From the human T2T-CHM13v2.0 reference genome, Homo sapiens: a stretch of 64,000 nucleotides of DNA. Below are positions 13,188 through 26,241 of this stretch, one piece after another; positions within the stretch are counted from its first letter, which is position 1, and each line of letters starts with the position of its first letter. The stretch is from the NCBI RefSeq assembly GCF_009914755.1, contig NC_060930.1. One strand, written 5' to 3'. The notes beneath the pieces are model-generated. The model had not been told where the DNA came from and did no database searches. It worked only from the letters and a program-made list of their open reading frames with translations. The position numbers were made by a program, and so were the translations under genes.

Positions 13188-15009
13188 CCAATCAGCCTAA
13201 GGCATGGACAGCATCTTCTCTCTTGAGGTATGAGCATGTGAGCAGTGGGCTTGGGTTACACCTCATTTCTGATATATGGAGAGTCCTTTTGGGAAGGGTT
13301 GAGGGCCCCTCACTGTGTGTGATCTTCTTGGGTCCTGGTAGGTCCTTAAGGTGGGGTTTGGGATCCTTTCTGGGCTGCCCTTCCCTTATCCCTGAGTTCT
13401 CAGAGAGACATAATAAATGTCATAGTTGTTCTCGGTTGTGCTGAGGCAACAGAGGAGAAAGTGCCTCCTCCATAGGCCAGAGGGGCACTTCAGTCATGGT
13501 CACTAGTTGTTCTAATGGACAACCATCTGTAGCCAAGTGAGCGAGTGGCCGTGGGAGCCAGGGGAGATGGAAAGCAGCTGAAAGGCTCTCCTGGAGCATG
13601 TATGGGCTCCTGGAAACTTCCAGAACAGCTGCTAGAAACTCGGAGCAGAGCAAAGTTTTGACAAACACACCAGTGGGGACTTGAGTTACAGTTGGAATAT
13701 AAAAAGAACTATAAGCTCATTTCATATTCAGCAGCTGATGAGGGCACTGAAATAGGTTAAAACTGCTTTCTAAAGCCCATGGGTATATTTATCAATATAC
13801 ATATATTGTATTATGAGTTTGGTTTCTTGTGTACACCTGTGGTCTGTTTTATATGGGAATTTTCTCCAAATATTTAGGATTCAAACTTTTCACTGTTATA
13901 AACTTTATAACTATCATTGTGAATACAGTGTAGTCTGTTTTTAAAATGAAGTCCTTGAGATACATTCCTAGAAAGAGATCTGCTGAGTTAAATTACATGA
14001 ACCTTTTTAAGATTCCTGGTATGCAATACCATCTTGTTTCTGACAGAGTGTGAAAGTGCCTGTCTCATTTAGCCTTCACCAACACTGGATATTTGGAGAG
14101 GTTATTGCTAACTCGATAGATATTTTAATTTTATTTATTTGTTTACTAATTAAGTTGAATACTTTATGTGTTTTTGACTATGTGTATGTTATTTACTTTT
14201 TGAATTGGCAAGCATCATTAGCTTTGTTCTCCAGGTGAGGAAGCTAAGGCTGAGAAAGCTTAAGTGACTTGCCTGGGGTCAAACACAGAAAGTTGTAGTC
14301 CTGGGATGCCAGCCTAAATTCTGGTTCTTATTCAGTGCTCATTTCATTGTTCAATAATATCCTGAAAGAAGAAGAAATAGGGCTTTCTCAATTTTCTGTT
14401 TCTGATACTCACAAAGCATTCTTTTTTATTATTATTAATTCCTGGAAATTGCAACTGACACCAAAAATCTCAGGAGAAATTTATTATAAGAGCATACAAA
14501 GCCTCATTCAAAGATGAAGGTCAACAGAGACAAAGTAGATACAATTTCAATCTGTTTTAATGAATCAAGACTGATGGAATGAATTCCCTTTTGTGAAAGA
14601 AAAAAAGACTGTTACTGTGATTTCCTTTCAAAAGAAGATTTTATTCAGTCTTTGATTAGACTAAAGAGAACATAATATTTCAAGGACAAAATTCACCTTT
14701 CTCCAGATGTAGAATCATTTTTTTTTTCATTTGGAATCCATACTTATTTTCCATTAAAAATTAAATTTGTGGGAAAGTAGAATTGGGGTTATGTCAAAAA
14801 ACATAGAAGAAAAGACTAAGAAAGTCCTTCAGCAAAAGCCGAAAGAAGTCTTCACTCAAATTGATCCTTTCTGTTGAGTCCTCTCCCTTCTCAACTGTAA
14901 AGAGCTGTTTGAAGTTCTTGTCCTGAGACTCTTGTTTCTCCTTCTGCCTCGTCCTCTGATGTCCCTCCAGTCTGTAACTCCTGCTTCCAACTTTTAATTT
15001 CCCTTGTTT

Positions 15010-15140
15010 TTTAAAATTAAAGTTTTTTTATGTGTGTATATTTAAGGTATACAATATGCTGTTTGTGGATACATATAGATAGTAAAAATAGTTACCATAG
15101 TGAAGCAAATTAACATATCCATGATCTCACATAGTAATCC
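15010..15140 (-). mobile_element. L1MA 3' end fragment
   Basis: tatatttaaggtatacaat ... agcaaattaacatatccatgatctcacatagt. Confidence 0.7.
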
Positions 15141-17009
15141 ATTTTTTCACATTTTCTCCCCTGGGGAATTCTTCTCAAAAGATTTCTGGACTGGGGCAGC
15201 TGCTATGGGTGCTTTCCCAGCCTGCGCACTTGGGATCCCAGACAAACATTCGCTTCTAGCAGATGCTGCTGCTGAAAATTCCTACTGCCCCGAGCCTCTG
15301 AATTTCCTGGGCACCTTTCCCTCTTCTACTGTGGTGCACATTTCCTTTCCATCATCATCATCTGCTGTGAATCTTTTCATGAGACCTCTCCTTTCAGTTC
15401 AGGTATGAAGGCTCAGGGGTGCATGAGTGGAACTGCTCTGTAGAAATGACTTGGGTGTGCAGGACTTTTGGTTCTGGCAAGGGGAAAAAGTAGCATCCAG
15501 GAGGAAGGTCAAGGACTTTTCCCAGGTCCATGTCTAGTTTGAGCCTGTGTGAAACAGCCAGAGATCTCAGAGACTCATATGAGGGCTAAGCCTTTTTCAA
15601 AAGTTTGAAACCAGATGGAAAGTTGGGGTCAGGCTTAAGTTGGTGAAAAGCAATGACTTGAGAACCTAATGGATGGTGCTCTGGCTGTAACAGGAAGCTG
15701 TTGAAGATCCAGAGACTTGGAAAGGTATCTTTCAAGTATCTTTTAAAGGTAAAAAACATTTGCCATAAGCAACTATGTTACTTTGTTGGCCCACTGGTGT
15801 TAGGAACATTTTGAAGTGGGTTTAAGGGTATGGCATGGGTACATATGTTAAGACCAATTCATATTTTGTGGGACATATTATTTTCTATTTACTGTTGAAG
15901 ATTATCCTTAAGTACCAAAGCAATGGAAGTTCTTCAAAAGCAATTGTGAATATAAATTAATTTAAACAAATTATTAACTGGTACCTGTGGTCAACATTTT
16001 CATTATTTAATGCTTTCTTGATTTTCAGGAAACTCAAAAGTTCTTGTTTGAATTGCCTGACTTTTTTATGCTTTAAAATATTAGACTCCAAATTCTGGTA
16101 TGCTTCAATTTGGATTTTTTTATTTGTCTCTTAACTATTTTTCTTGTCTCACATAGGAAAATTGGTAAATTTACCATGCACATAGGTAAATTTTATTTTA
16201 AAGCAAAAATTTTAGATGATCTATCTAGAAAGATCAAATTATTTCCTAAATATATTTCTCTTTCCTTAATAGCAGAATTTTAATAGTGCATAAATCAAAG
16301 TGTATGAAAATAAAGATTACATTAGAATATGAAATAACTGGAGAATTAAGAATTCAGAGTTAAAGTTAAGTGTTGGTCTTCTGAACCTCATTTTAGTTAT
16401 TTAGAAACAACTAATGAGATATTAATTCTGGTTACTATTATTCTTGTGTCAGTTCCAGCAGGAAAAGTACCAATCCCAAAAACTTTTAAAAAGTTTTCTT
16501 TTAATTTAAACATCATATTGAAAAAATGTTTTATATAGCATATGATTTGACATCCTAAGATTAAAATGTTTAACCTAATATTAATATATTTAACTAAAAA
16601 TAATAAATATGTAAATTTTAAACATTTGTGGAGATAAATCTAGAACTTTCAATTGCATTTATTACAAACATCTATAGTTGAAAAGTTATTCCAATGTAAA
16701 TGTTCTAAAGGAGAGTATTTGGGGAGTATAGGTTTGTCATTGTAGTTAATAAAACTGTGATTTTGCTTTAATTGAAATTTTATTAACCAAGTTCTCCTGA
16801 AATGATGAGCTTTCTTAATTTGGCAACATCCAATATCAATTTAAGAACTTCCAATGACTTCCCACTTATTGGTTCCTTGCCTAGTTATTTAATTTAATCA
16901 ACAAATATTGATTTCATAATAAAGGAAAAAAGTCCTGAACGTTTCAATGGTTAATGAGAAAACAGAAAATAATTTCATGTCTGTTTAAGAGAATAAAATA
17001 ATGAGGTAT

Positions 17010-18397
17010 TGACAGGTGACAGCGTGCTGGCAGCCCTCACAGCCCTCCCTCGCTCTCCGCGCCTCCTCTGCCTGGGCTCCCACTTTGGTGGCACTTGAGG
17101 AGCCCTTCAGCCCACCGCTGTGGGAGCCCCTTTCTGGGCTGGCCAAGGCTGGAGCCGACTCCCTGAGCTTGCAGGGAGGTGTGGAGGGAGAGGTGCAGGC
17201 AGGAACCAGGGCTGCACGCGGTGCTTGCAGGCCAGCGGGAGTTCCGGGTGGGCGTGGGCTTGGCGGAACCCCCACTCGGAGCTGAACTGGCGGCTGGCCC
17301 AGGCAGTGAGGGGCTTAGCACCTGGGCCAGCAGCTGCTGTGCTCAATTTCTCACGGGGCCTTAGCTGCCTTCCCCCAGGGCAGGGCTCAGGACCTGCAGC
17401 CCGCCATGCCTGAGGCCCCCCTTCTCCGTGGGCTCCTGTGCTGCCAGAGCCTTCCCAACTAGCGCTGCCCCCTGCTCCGCAGCGCCCAGTCCCATCGAGC
17501 ACCCAAGGACTGAGGAGTGCGGGCACACAGCACAGGACTGGCAGGCAGCTCCACCTGCAGCCGTGGTGCACGATCCACTGGGTGAAGCCAGCTGGGCTCC
17601 TGAGTCTGGTGGGGACTTGGAGAACCTTTATGTCTAGCTAAGGGATTATAAATACACCAATCGGCACTCTGTATCTAGCTCAAGGTTTGTAAACACACCA
17701 ATCAGCGCCCTGTGTCTAGCTCAGGGTTTGTGAATGCACCAATCGGCACTCTGTATCTAGCTACTCTGGTGGGGACTTGGAGAACCTTCGTGTCCACACT
17801 CTGTATCTAGCTAATCTGGTGGGGACTGTGGAGAACCTTTGTGTCTAGCTCGGGGATTGTAAAGGCACAAATCAGCACCCTGTCAAAACAGACCACTCGG
17901 CTCTACCAATCAGCAGGATGTGGGTGGGGCCAGATAAGAGAATAAAAGCAGGCTGCCCAAGCCAGCAATGGCAACCCGCTGGGGTCCCATTCCACACTGT
18001 GGAAGCTTTGTTCTTTCGCTCTTTGCAGTAAATCTTGCTGCTGCTCACTCTTTGGGTCCACGCTGCCTTTATGAGCTGTAACACTCACCGCGAAGGTCTA
18101 CAGCTTCACTCCTGAAGCCAGCAAGACCATGAACACACCGGGAGGAACGAACAACTCCAGACGCTCCAGATGCGCCACCTTAAGAGCTGTAACACTCACT
18201 GCGAGGGTCCGTGGCTTCATTCCTGAGCTAGCGAGACCGGGAACCCCACCAGAAGGAAGAAACTCTGAACACATCCGAACATGAGAAGGAACAAACTCCG
18301 GACGTGCAGCCTTTAAGAACTGTAACACTCACCGCGGACGGTCCGTGGCTTCATTCTTCAAGTCAGTGAGACCAAGAACCCACCAATTCCAGACACG
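17010..18397 (+). mobile_element. LTR12C-type solo LTR of ERV9
   Basis: Starts tgacaggtgacagcgtgctggcagccc and ends ccaagaacccaccaattccagacacg; 4-bp TSD gtat (17006-17009 and 18398-18401); GC-rich 5' U3, ~41-bp CCAAT repeats, gagctgtaacactcac U5 repeats. Confidence 0.95.
17630..17990 (+). promoter_or_regulatory. ERV9 LTR enhancer/promoter: tandem CCAAT (NF-Y) repeats, CACCC-type box, GATA and AATAAA TATA-like box
   Basis: caccaatc at ~17655, ~17696 and ~17737 and ctaccaatc at ~17903; gggtgggg followed by gataagagaataaaag at ~17922-17948. This matches the established ERV9 LTR architecture; activity is not shown. Confidence 0.65.
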
Positions 18398-19694
18398 GTA
18401 TCCTTGCTGCAAGGGACTTAGAAATAACAGAGAGTTGGAGCAGTGAGGGACATCACAACTTGAGACTTATGAGTATAAACTTTTGGATAGAACAAACAAA
18501 GGGCCATATCCTAATCTGCCGCTCATCAGCTGTGTCACCTTAGGTGAGACTCAGTTTCACCACCTGTAAAACACAGATACTAACAGTCTCCTTCTCGAGG
18601 GATTTTTGCAAATATCAAATGTGATAATAAATGTAATTGGGCTTGGCCTAAAGTAAGTACTCAATTCATTATAGGTTTTATTATTATCATGAATGAGACT
18701 TTCTTCATTTTATTAGATGAGGAAGTTGAGGTCCAGGAAGATAAATAAAAGCTCAAGGTATTTCAGCTTATCTTTTTCATTCTATGTTAGATTTACAGAA
18801 TCTAACCTGGTTAGCTAATTGAAATAAGAATTACAATCTGAACACTGGGGTCTCCAAACATTCCCTAATATATCTCTCTCTGTCTTTCCACAAATATAAA
18901 TATAAGGCTATTAAACACTTGAGGAGGGCAAACTCAAATCACACTTCCACAAAGCAGAGCTATACAAATACATACTCACACACACATATTGAGAAAAAAA
19001 TGCATTATGTACATTTGCTATGTCATTATAGAACAATTACTCCCTGATGATGGACAGAATGTTTTGTATATATTTTTATGAATGTTCTATTCTAGAGACA
19101 TCTGTGAGATAGCCAAATCTAGCAATTGTCTAAGTCTCGGGACACCTGTATTCTAGCTTTGGCACCCTTTCTAAGCTATGTGACATAAACGAGAAAATTA
19201 ACCTTCCTTAGTCCTTATGTTCTCATCTATATGGGGGGAATGATTATGTTTACCTCCCAGTGCTATTATAAAGTTCAGTGCTTTTAAGGGTATAAATATG
19301 GATTTCAAACTCTAAACACTATACAACTGAAAAGGATTAGTGAACAAGCTTTAAACCCCAGTGAGTAGCAGGTAATTACGAAAGTTTATATAAAAACATG
19401 TTTCAGTTAACAAGATGAAAGGAAAGCATAGATTTTTGAGCTAAGGGGAAAATGTATCAATAGATTTGAAAATTTTATTTTAGCCTGATCTGCCTTGATA
19501 GTGTTGTAATTTAAGACTGATTTTTTCCCTATAATTCTATGTTGTTTTATTTGCAGTACAGCCTTCCAAATAATTTTATGTTTTGATTTCAACCCAATGT
19601 ATAATTTATAGCTAAAAACCAAGCCATTTGAAATAAACTTACTTACAAGCAGTTGTTCATAACTCTTATGTGTAAGCTGATAATTTTAGGAAAA

Positions 19695-21240
19695 TTAAAA
19701 CTTTTATTTTGATTCAGAGGGTACATGTGCAGATTTGTTACATGAATATATTGCATGATGCTGAGGCTTGGGGTAAAAATGATCCTGTTACCCAGGCAGT
19801 GAGCATAGCACCCACTAGTAAGTTTTTCAATTCTTTCCCCCTTCTCATCCTCCTCCCTCTAGTAGTCCCCAGTGTCTCTGGTTGTCATCTTTGTGTCCAT
19901 ATGTACCCAGTGTTTAGCTCCCACTTATAAGCAAGAATAGCCAGTATTTGGTTTTCTGCAAAGGACATGGTTTAGTTCTTTTCTTGTGTGTGTGGTTGTA
20001 TTCCACGGTATCTGTATTCCACAATTTCTTTATCGAATCCACCATTGATGGGCACCGAGGTTGATTCCATGCCTTTGCTGTTGTTAATAGTGCTGCAATA
20101 ATAAGTGAATATGTCTTTCTGGTGGAAATATTTATTTTCTTTTGGATATATAGCCAGTAATGGGATTGCTGGGTCAAGTGGTAGTGCTAAGTTGTTTGAG
20201 AAATCTCAAAACTGCTTGCCACAATGGTTGAACTAAAATATATTCCCACAAGCAGTGTTCCCTTTTCACATAGCCTCGCAAAAGTCTGTTGTTTTGGGGA
20301 TTTTTTTTTTTGTATTTAATGTTACTGAAGGCTTTATTAATGCCTTAAAAACACAAAAGTTCTTGAACATACATTTATTATCTGGAGGAATAAATGCACT
20401 CCAAATGCTTATCATCAGAACTCTGGAAAAAGACGTATAAGTTCTGGGCATTTTGGTAATAGCTGTTCTGATGGGTGTGAGATGCTATCTCATTGTGGTT
20501 TTGATTTGCATTTTTTTTATGATTAGTGATGCTGAGCATTTTTTAAATATGTGTGCATGTCTTCTTTTGAGATGTGTCCATTCATTTTTTTTGCTCACTT
20601 TTTAATGGGTTTTTTTTTTTTTAACTGTTGAATTGTTTAAGTGCCTTATGGATTCTGGATATCAGACCTTTTTGGATGCACAGTTTGTGAATATTTTCTC
20701 CCATTTTCTAGGTTGCCTGTTGACTCTGTTGGTAGTTTCTTTTGCTGTGCTTAAGCTCTTTAGTTTAATTAGATCCCACTTGTCAACTTTTGTTTTTGTT
20801 TAATTGCTTTTCCTCAAAAAGCATTTAGGATTTAGTAATAAATTCCTTGCCAAAGCTGATGTCCAAGTTGGCCTTTCATAGGTTTTCTTCTAGGATTCTT
20901 ATACTTTGAGATCTTATGTCTACATCTTTAATCCATCTTGAGTTAAATTCTGCATATAATGAAAGGTAGGAATCCAGCTTCATTCTTCTGCATATGGCTA
21001 GCCGCTATCCCAGCACTATTTATTGAATAGAGAGTCCTTCCTCCATTGTTTATTTTTGTCAACATTGTTGAAGATGTGATGACTGTGTAGCTGTGTGGCT
21101 TTATTTCTTAGGTTCTCTATCTGTTCCACTGGTCTGTGTGTCTTTGTATCAGTACTATGCTATTTTGGTGACTACAGCCTTTTATAATACCTTTTGTAAT
21201 TGCATAGTTTGAAGTCAGGTAATGTGAGGTTTCCACTTTT
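19695..21240 (-). mobile_element. L1PA15/16-like LINE-1, 5'-truncated (ORF2 end plus 3' UTR)
   Basis: gggtacatgtgcagatttgttacatg ... tttagctcccacttataag; ORF 19914..20177 shows the ORF2 C-terminus (IAALLTTAKAWNQPRCPS). Confidence 0.9.
20301..20440 (-). pseudogene. Short polyadenylated retrocopy (mRNA 3' end or L1 3' transduction) inserted in the L1
   Basis: Non-L1 insert with T11, tttatt (AATAAA on -) ~21 nt from the tail, and flanking TSD gttttggggatttt / gttctgggcatttt. Confidence 0.7.
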
Positions 21241-21700
21241 TTTGTTTGTTTGTTTGTTGTGTAAGCAGATAATTTTGAAGACAAAGAGGAAAAAAGATAA
21301 TCAAACTTGCAAGTTTGAGAAGTATAGAAGAAGAGAATAAGTAGTGCAGATCAGAAAAAGGAGAGTGGAAAAGATTTAAGAGGACAAATGGTGTCCTTAA
21401 TCTTTTCAGTGATGTTGAATTTGACTTTGTCATTAGTCACTGTGATGAAATCAGTTAGATATTGGGACCTAAAATGCTGTGATTATGTAGATGGCAATTT
21501 AACAGTTATGAGATGAAATCACCTTACAACAAAGTAAGGAAAATAACAAAGGCCAGAGACTGAGAAAGGAAACATCATTATTATATTATTTCTAAGCAGT
21601 AATGAAAGATGTGAAAAGACAACCAGCAGAGGATATAATCGCTAAATCCAGGGCAATAGCAAGAATGTGGAAGCTTAAAGGAATGAAAGAAGGGGAATGA

Positions 21701-22011
<311 letters not shown>

Positions 22012-22039
22012 TCAGCAAATAGCCATTCTTTGATTAACT

Positions 22040-23720
22040 CACTCTCAATACTCTCAACACATATGAAATAAACACCTACTAGTAGCCAGACACCACTCTG
22101 CATCCTGAGTACGGCAGTGAATAACACAGACACAAGGTCCTGATCTTGTGTTGCAAGCATTTTGGTGGGAACACACAAACAATAAGCAAACAAATATGTA
22201 TGTCGGTTAGTTATAAGGGCTGTGGAGAAAAGTTAAGCAGAATAAAGAGGGATGGGGTCTTACATCTACATCTTTAATCCATCTTGAGTTAAATTCAATG
22301 TTTAGACAGGTGGTTAGGGAAGACCACTCTAATGGAAGGTATTTGAAGAGAAACATGTAGGAGAAGAGAAATAGCCACGTGGTTTTCTAGGAGAAGAACA
22401 TGCTAGCTAGAAGGAACAAGAGCATGCTTGGAATATTTAGAATTGTGAAGGTGGAGAAAGAGGAGATAGGAGAGTATGTAGAGGGCTTTAGAGGTTACTG
22501 TAGGACTTACTTGGAAGAAGATCGAAAGCTATTGGAGAGTTTTGAACAGAGGCGTGAAATGATCTGATTTATATGTTTAAAAGATTGTTTTAGCTCTTGT
22601 GTGGAGAACAGATTGTAGGAGGAAAGGCACAATTAGGAAGACCAGTTATAGTGATAAACAAATGCTAGACAAGAGTGATTTGGAGCCCAATGATAGGATA
22701 AATGTGATAAGTGGTCATAATCAAGATAGGTTTTGAGCATAGAGCCTACAGAATTTGTCAGTTGACTGACTAAGGAGCAAAATCCAGGAAAATAGCAAGA
22801 ATGTGGATGCTGTTGGATTAAAGGAATAAAAGAAGAGGAATGAAGCAGAGTAAGAGGGAGAGAGAGAAAGATGAACAATATATGGAGGATATGTTCCATA
22901 AATAGAAACATAGGCATTTTGTAGAGCTATTTGAATTCATCCAGTTATGATCAAGGAGAAGGTTCAGAAGGAAATCAGAGTATTTCACTCCTCTGTTCGA
23001 AATTCTCCAATAGCTTCTGATCTTTTTCCAAGTAAATACTACAGCAAGGAGGAAGAGAAGAATGAGTCAAGGATGATTTCAAAGTTCAGGGCCTGAGCAA
23101 CTGGGTGAAGTGTAGAATCAAATACTAATGTAGGGAACACCCCATGTAAGGGTCAAGTTTTGATGGTGGGTTTGGGAATGATCAGGAGAATAGGTTTGGG
23201 TGTGCTAAGTTGGAGACGCCTATTTGACATACAGGACTCCAGAGCTCAAGTGAAAAGTATTGAGTGGAAATTTAATTTTAGACGTATTTGGCATTACAGA
23301 TGATATTTAAAGCAATTGGACTGGATGCACCATCTAGAGCGTGTGTGTGGCTGAAGAAGAGAAGAAGCTCAAAGGTCTGATTCTTTCAGGATCCTAAGGA
23401 GGCTCTCCAGCATCTGAAAGTTGAGAAAGTAAGGAGGATTCAGTAAAGGAGGACTAGCAGAAAACACCAGTGTGTTAGGAGTTGAAGAAACTGTTTGAAG
23501 GTGGGCGTGATGACCTGTGTCAGATATTGAGTGACCATTCCATTTAGCAGCATGGATGTGAATGATGATCTTGACAAGAGGAGATTGGTGGAACAATGGT
23601 CATGAGTCTTACTGGAGAGTATTCAAGAAAGAACAGCATTAATGGAAGTACAGACAGAGGAGTCACCACTTTGCAGAGTTTTGCTTTATAAGGAGGCAGA
23701 GAAAGGAGAATAGTTTTTTA
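22040..23720 (-). mobile_element. L2 LINE fragment(s)
   Basis: Purine-rich L2 antisense motifs: gcagtgaataacacagacacaagg, gctattggagagttttgaacagag, gagtcaaggatgatttc, ccattccatttagcagcatgga. Confidence 0.75.
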
Positions 23721-24065
23721 GAGAAGGATTAGGATAAGTTGAGTTTAAGTATCATTTCAAAACATTTTTTATAACTCAGATAATACATATGATCGGGAAT
23801 GATAATATAAGAAACCTAGTTATGTTATTTTCAGGTATTCCAGGTGCTTCATTTGCATTTCTGAAAATAAATTTATGTTTTTGTGCACACATTATGCTTA
23901 AAATTCACTGTGAAAAGTTGCCCAAAGCACTGACAATGCTTCTGTCTTTTTTCATCCAATCACTTGTGATCTTTGTATCTAAATATTACATATACTTTAA
24001 CTTGCTACAGGTAATTTCATTTGTCTTTGAAAGTACAACCCAGAACATTTTTAAACCATGAAGAT

Positions 24066-24451
24066 TGTGTTAGACATTGTTAGCTGCCTGCCAGCAGCCA
24101 TATCTCCTTCTTTTTTAATAGAATTCCAGTTTTGTATAGAATGGCAAGCTGTTTAGATCCAAGTAATGAAAATTCCATTCCCCTTTGCCAGATATCATAT
24201 GTTTGCATTAATAGCTGCAATAGCCATCTTGTTATCATGAGGGGAAAAGCCAATCAGCTGAGGATGGCAGAGGAGAAGGATAGTAAGAGACTTGGTTTTG
24301 TGTGATACTGTTGCAGTTCTGTACCAAATCAGTAAACCCTCACCACTAGTCTTACGTATATAAGATAATTAAATGTCTTTATTGATTAAATCATACTTCC
24401 TGGGGAAGTAAAAGCTGTCACTTGTAGCTGAGAACATATGTAACTGATACA
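24066..24451 (+). mobile_element. MLT1J-like MaLR LTR
   Basis: tgtgttagacattgttagctgcc ... ctgaggatggcagag ... cttgtagctgagaacatatgtaactgataca. Confidence 0.7.
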
Positions 24452-24569
24452 ATTTTGACTTTAATTGGTGGCTAAAAATCAGAGGTGGAAGTAGCTTAGA
24501 TTTCTTACTGAAAAACATCCTTTATTTCCATTGTGGTGCTTTCATCTAAAGGAGTCTATAAATGCTTTA

Positions 24570-24830
24570 TTAATAATAATAATATCAACAGTAATGGTAG
24601 CTACAGCTTATATAGTACCTACTTATATGTTCCAAGCACTGTGCTAAGTACCTTAGTTATATCATTTCATTTAACCCAATAAGGCAAATCATATGTTTTC
24701 CATTTTACAGATGAGAAGAGAGAGGCACAGAAAAATTAACAACTAACCTTCCAAAGGTTATACAACTAGTTATTAGCAAAGTTGAGATTAGAACCTGTGA
24801 TGTCTGCCCCTGAAGTGTGTACTCACATGG
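24570..24830 (-). mobile_element. MIR SINE
   Basis: aagcactgtgctaagt ... ccattttacagatgagaagagagaggcacaga core. Confidence 0.7.
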
Positions 24831-25872
24831 CCAAGACTCCCAAGGGTTATGAAGAGGATCTCTGCTTGCCCCTGTCTTCAACATTTTCCCCTTGCTTTCC
24901 CATTGTGTTCAACAAGTTCTAATTGCCAGTTACCCTACCTAAATTTTTTCTTTTTCTTATTAAGTATCTTAATCATCTTATTCTTATTGTAGAGTGGAAC
25001 AAATTCTTTATTTTCCAGGAAGAAGGGGCTCGAATGCAAGTATCCTCTCTTCTTGATACTTTGGGCTAGTCCACAATCTTGCAACACATTCTTGGACCTT
25101 CTTTCCACTTAGCAATTTTGTGTGATTATCAGTGCTGATTATTCTTCCATTTTCTTGGTGAAAGTAGTATGTTTCCTGTTATTATATCAATTTTCTCTGT
25201 CAAGCAGCACTGCTAACATAGATTGTAAGGAATTCATAGAATATATATGGGCAGCCAAAAAATAGAATGTCTGCATATATCCATAGCAACTAATATACAT
25301 CATGTACAACCACTAAATAGGATATTTCGATGGACACGTGTATATTCTATAAATTGTGTGTTTTAAGGTATAATAATATAAATTAGCTACCTATACACAT
25401 TATATATACTGGGTATATTGTCAGCTAATTTTTACAAATCCCTATGACGTATTTTTAGCCCTCATTATATAGAGGCTCAGAGAGGTTAAGTAACTTGTCC
25501 AAGATCACACTGTTACTAAATAGCTATATCATCTCACCATAAACTTTTATGACATCTGGTACATCTTCCTAATGGTTATCCTCAATTGTAATGTGTACTT
25601 ATTTTTATGATTGTTTGATTATTGTTTTACTGATCTATAAGGCAGAGCTTATGTCTTTTTTTGCTTAGCATTTTATTACCATAACCAAAAACAATGACTG
25701 ATGCATAGTAGCTGCTCATGAGATATTGAAAAAAATTAAATTGTAAAATTATATTATTGTATTAAAGTAAAATATTTTTATACTTTTTTAAAAGTAAAAT
25801 ATAACATAAATAAAAGTTACAGAGCCTATATTCAGACAAAATCTAACTCCAAACCCAGTCTTCTCTGGCTAG

Positions 25873-26241
<369 letters not shown>

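Noticed and set aside
16029-16097. Exon-like segment ttttcag|GAAACTC...TTCTG|gtatgc (similarly 23834-24010)
   Set aside because: Splice-like dinucleotides are common in AT-rich DNA, there is no recognisable peptide, and transcript evidence would be needed.
16985-18328. Cluster of long ORFs up to 154 aa
   Set aside because: Translations of GC-rich LTR12C sequence.
17630-18360. Repeat-spacer-like arrays
   Set aside because: Intrinsic LTR12 U3/U5 tandem repeats, not CRISPR; the DNA is eukaryotic.
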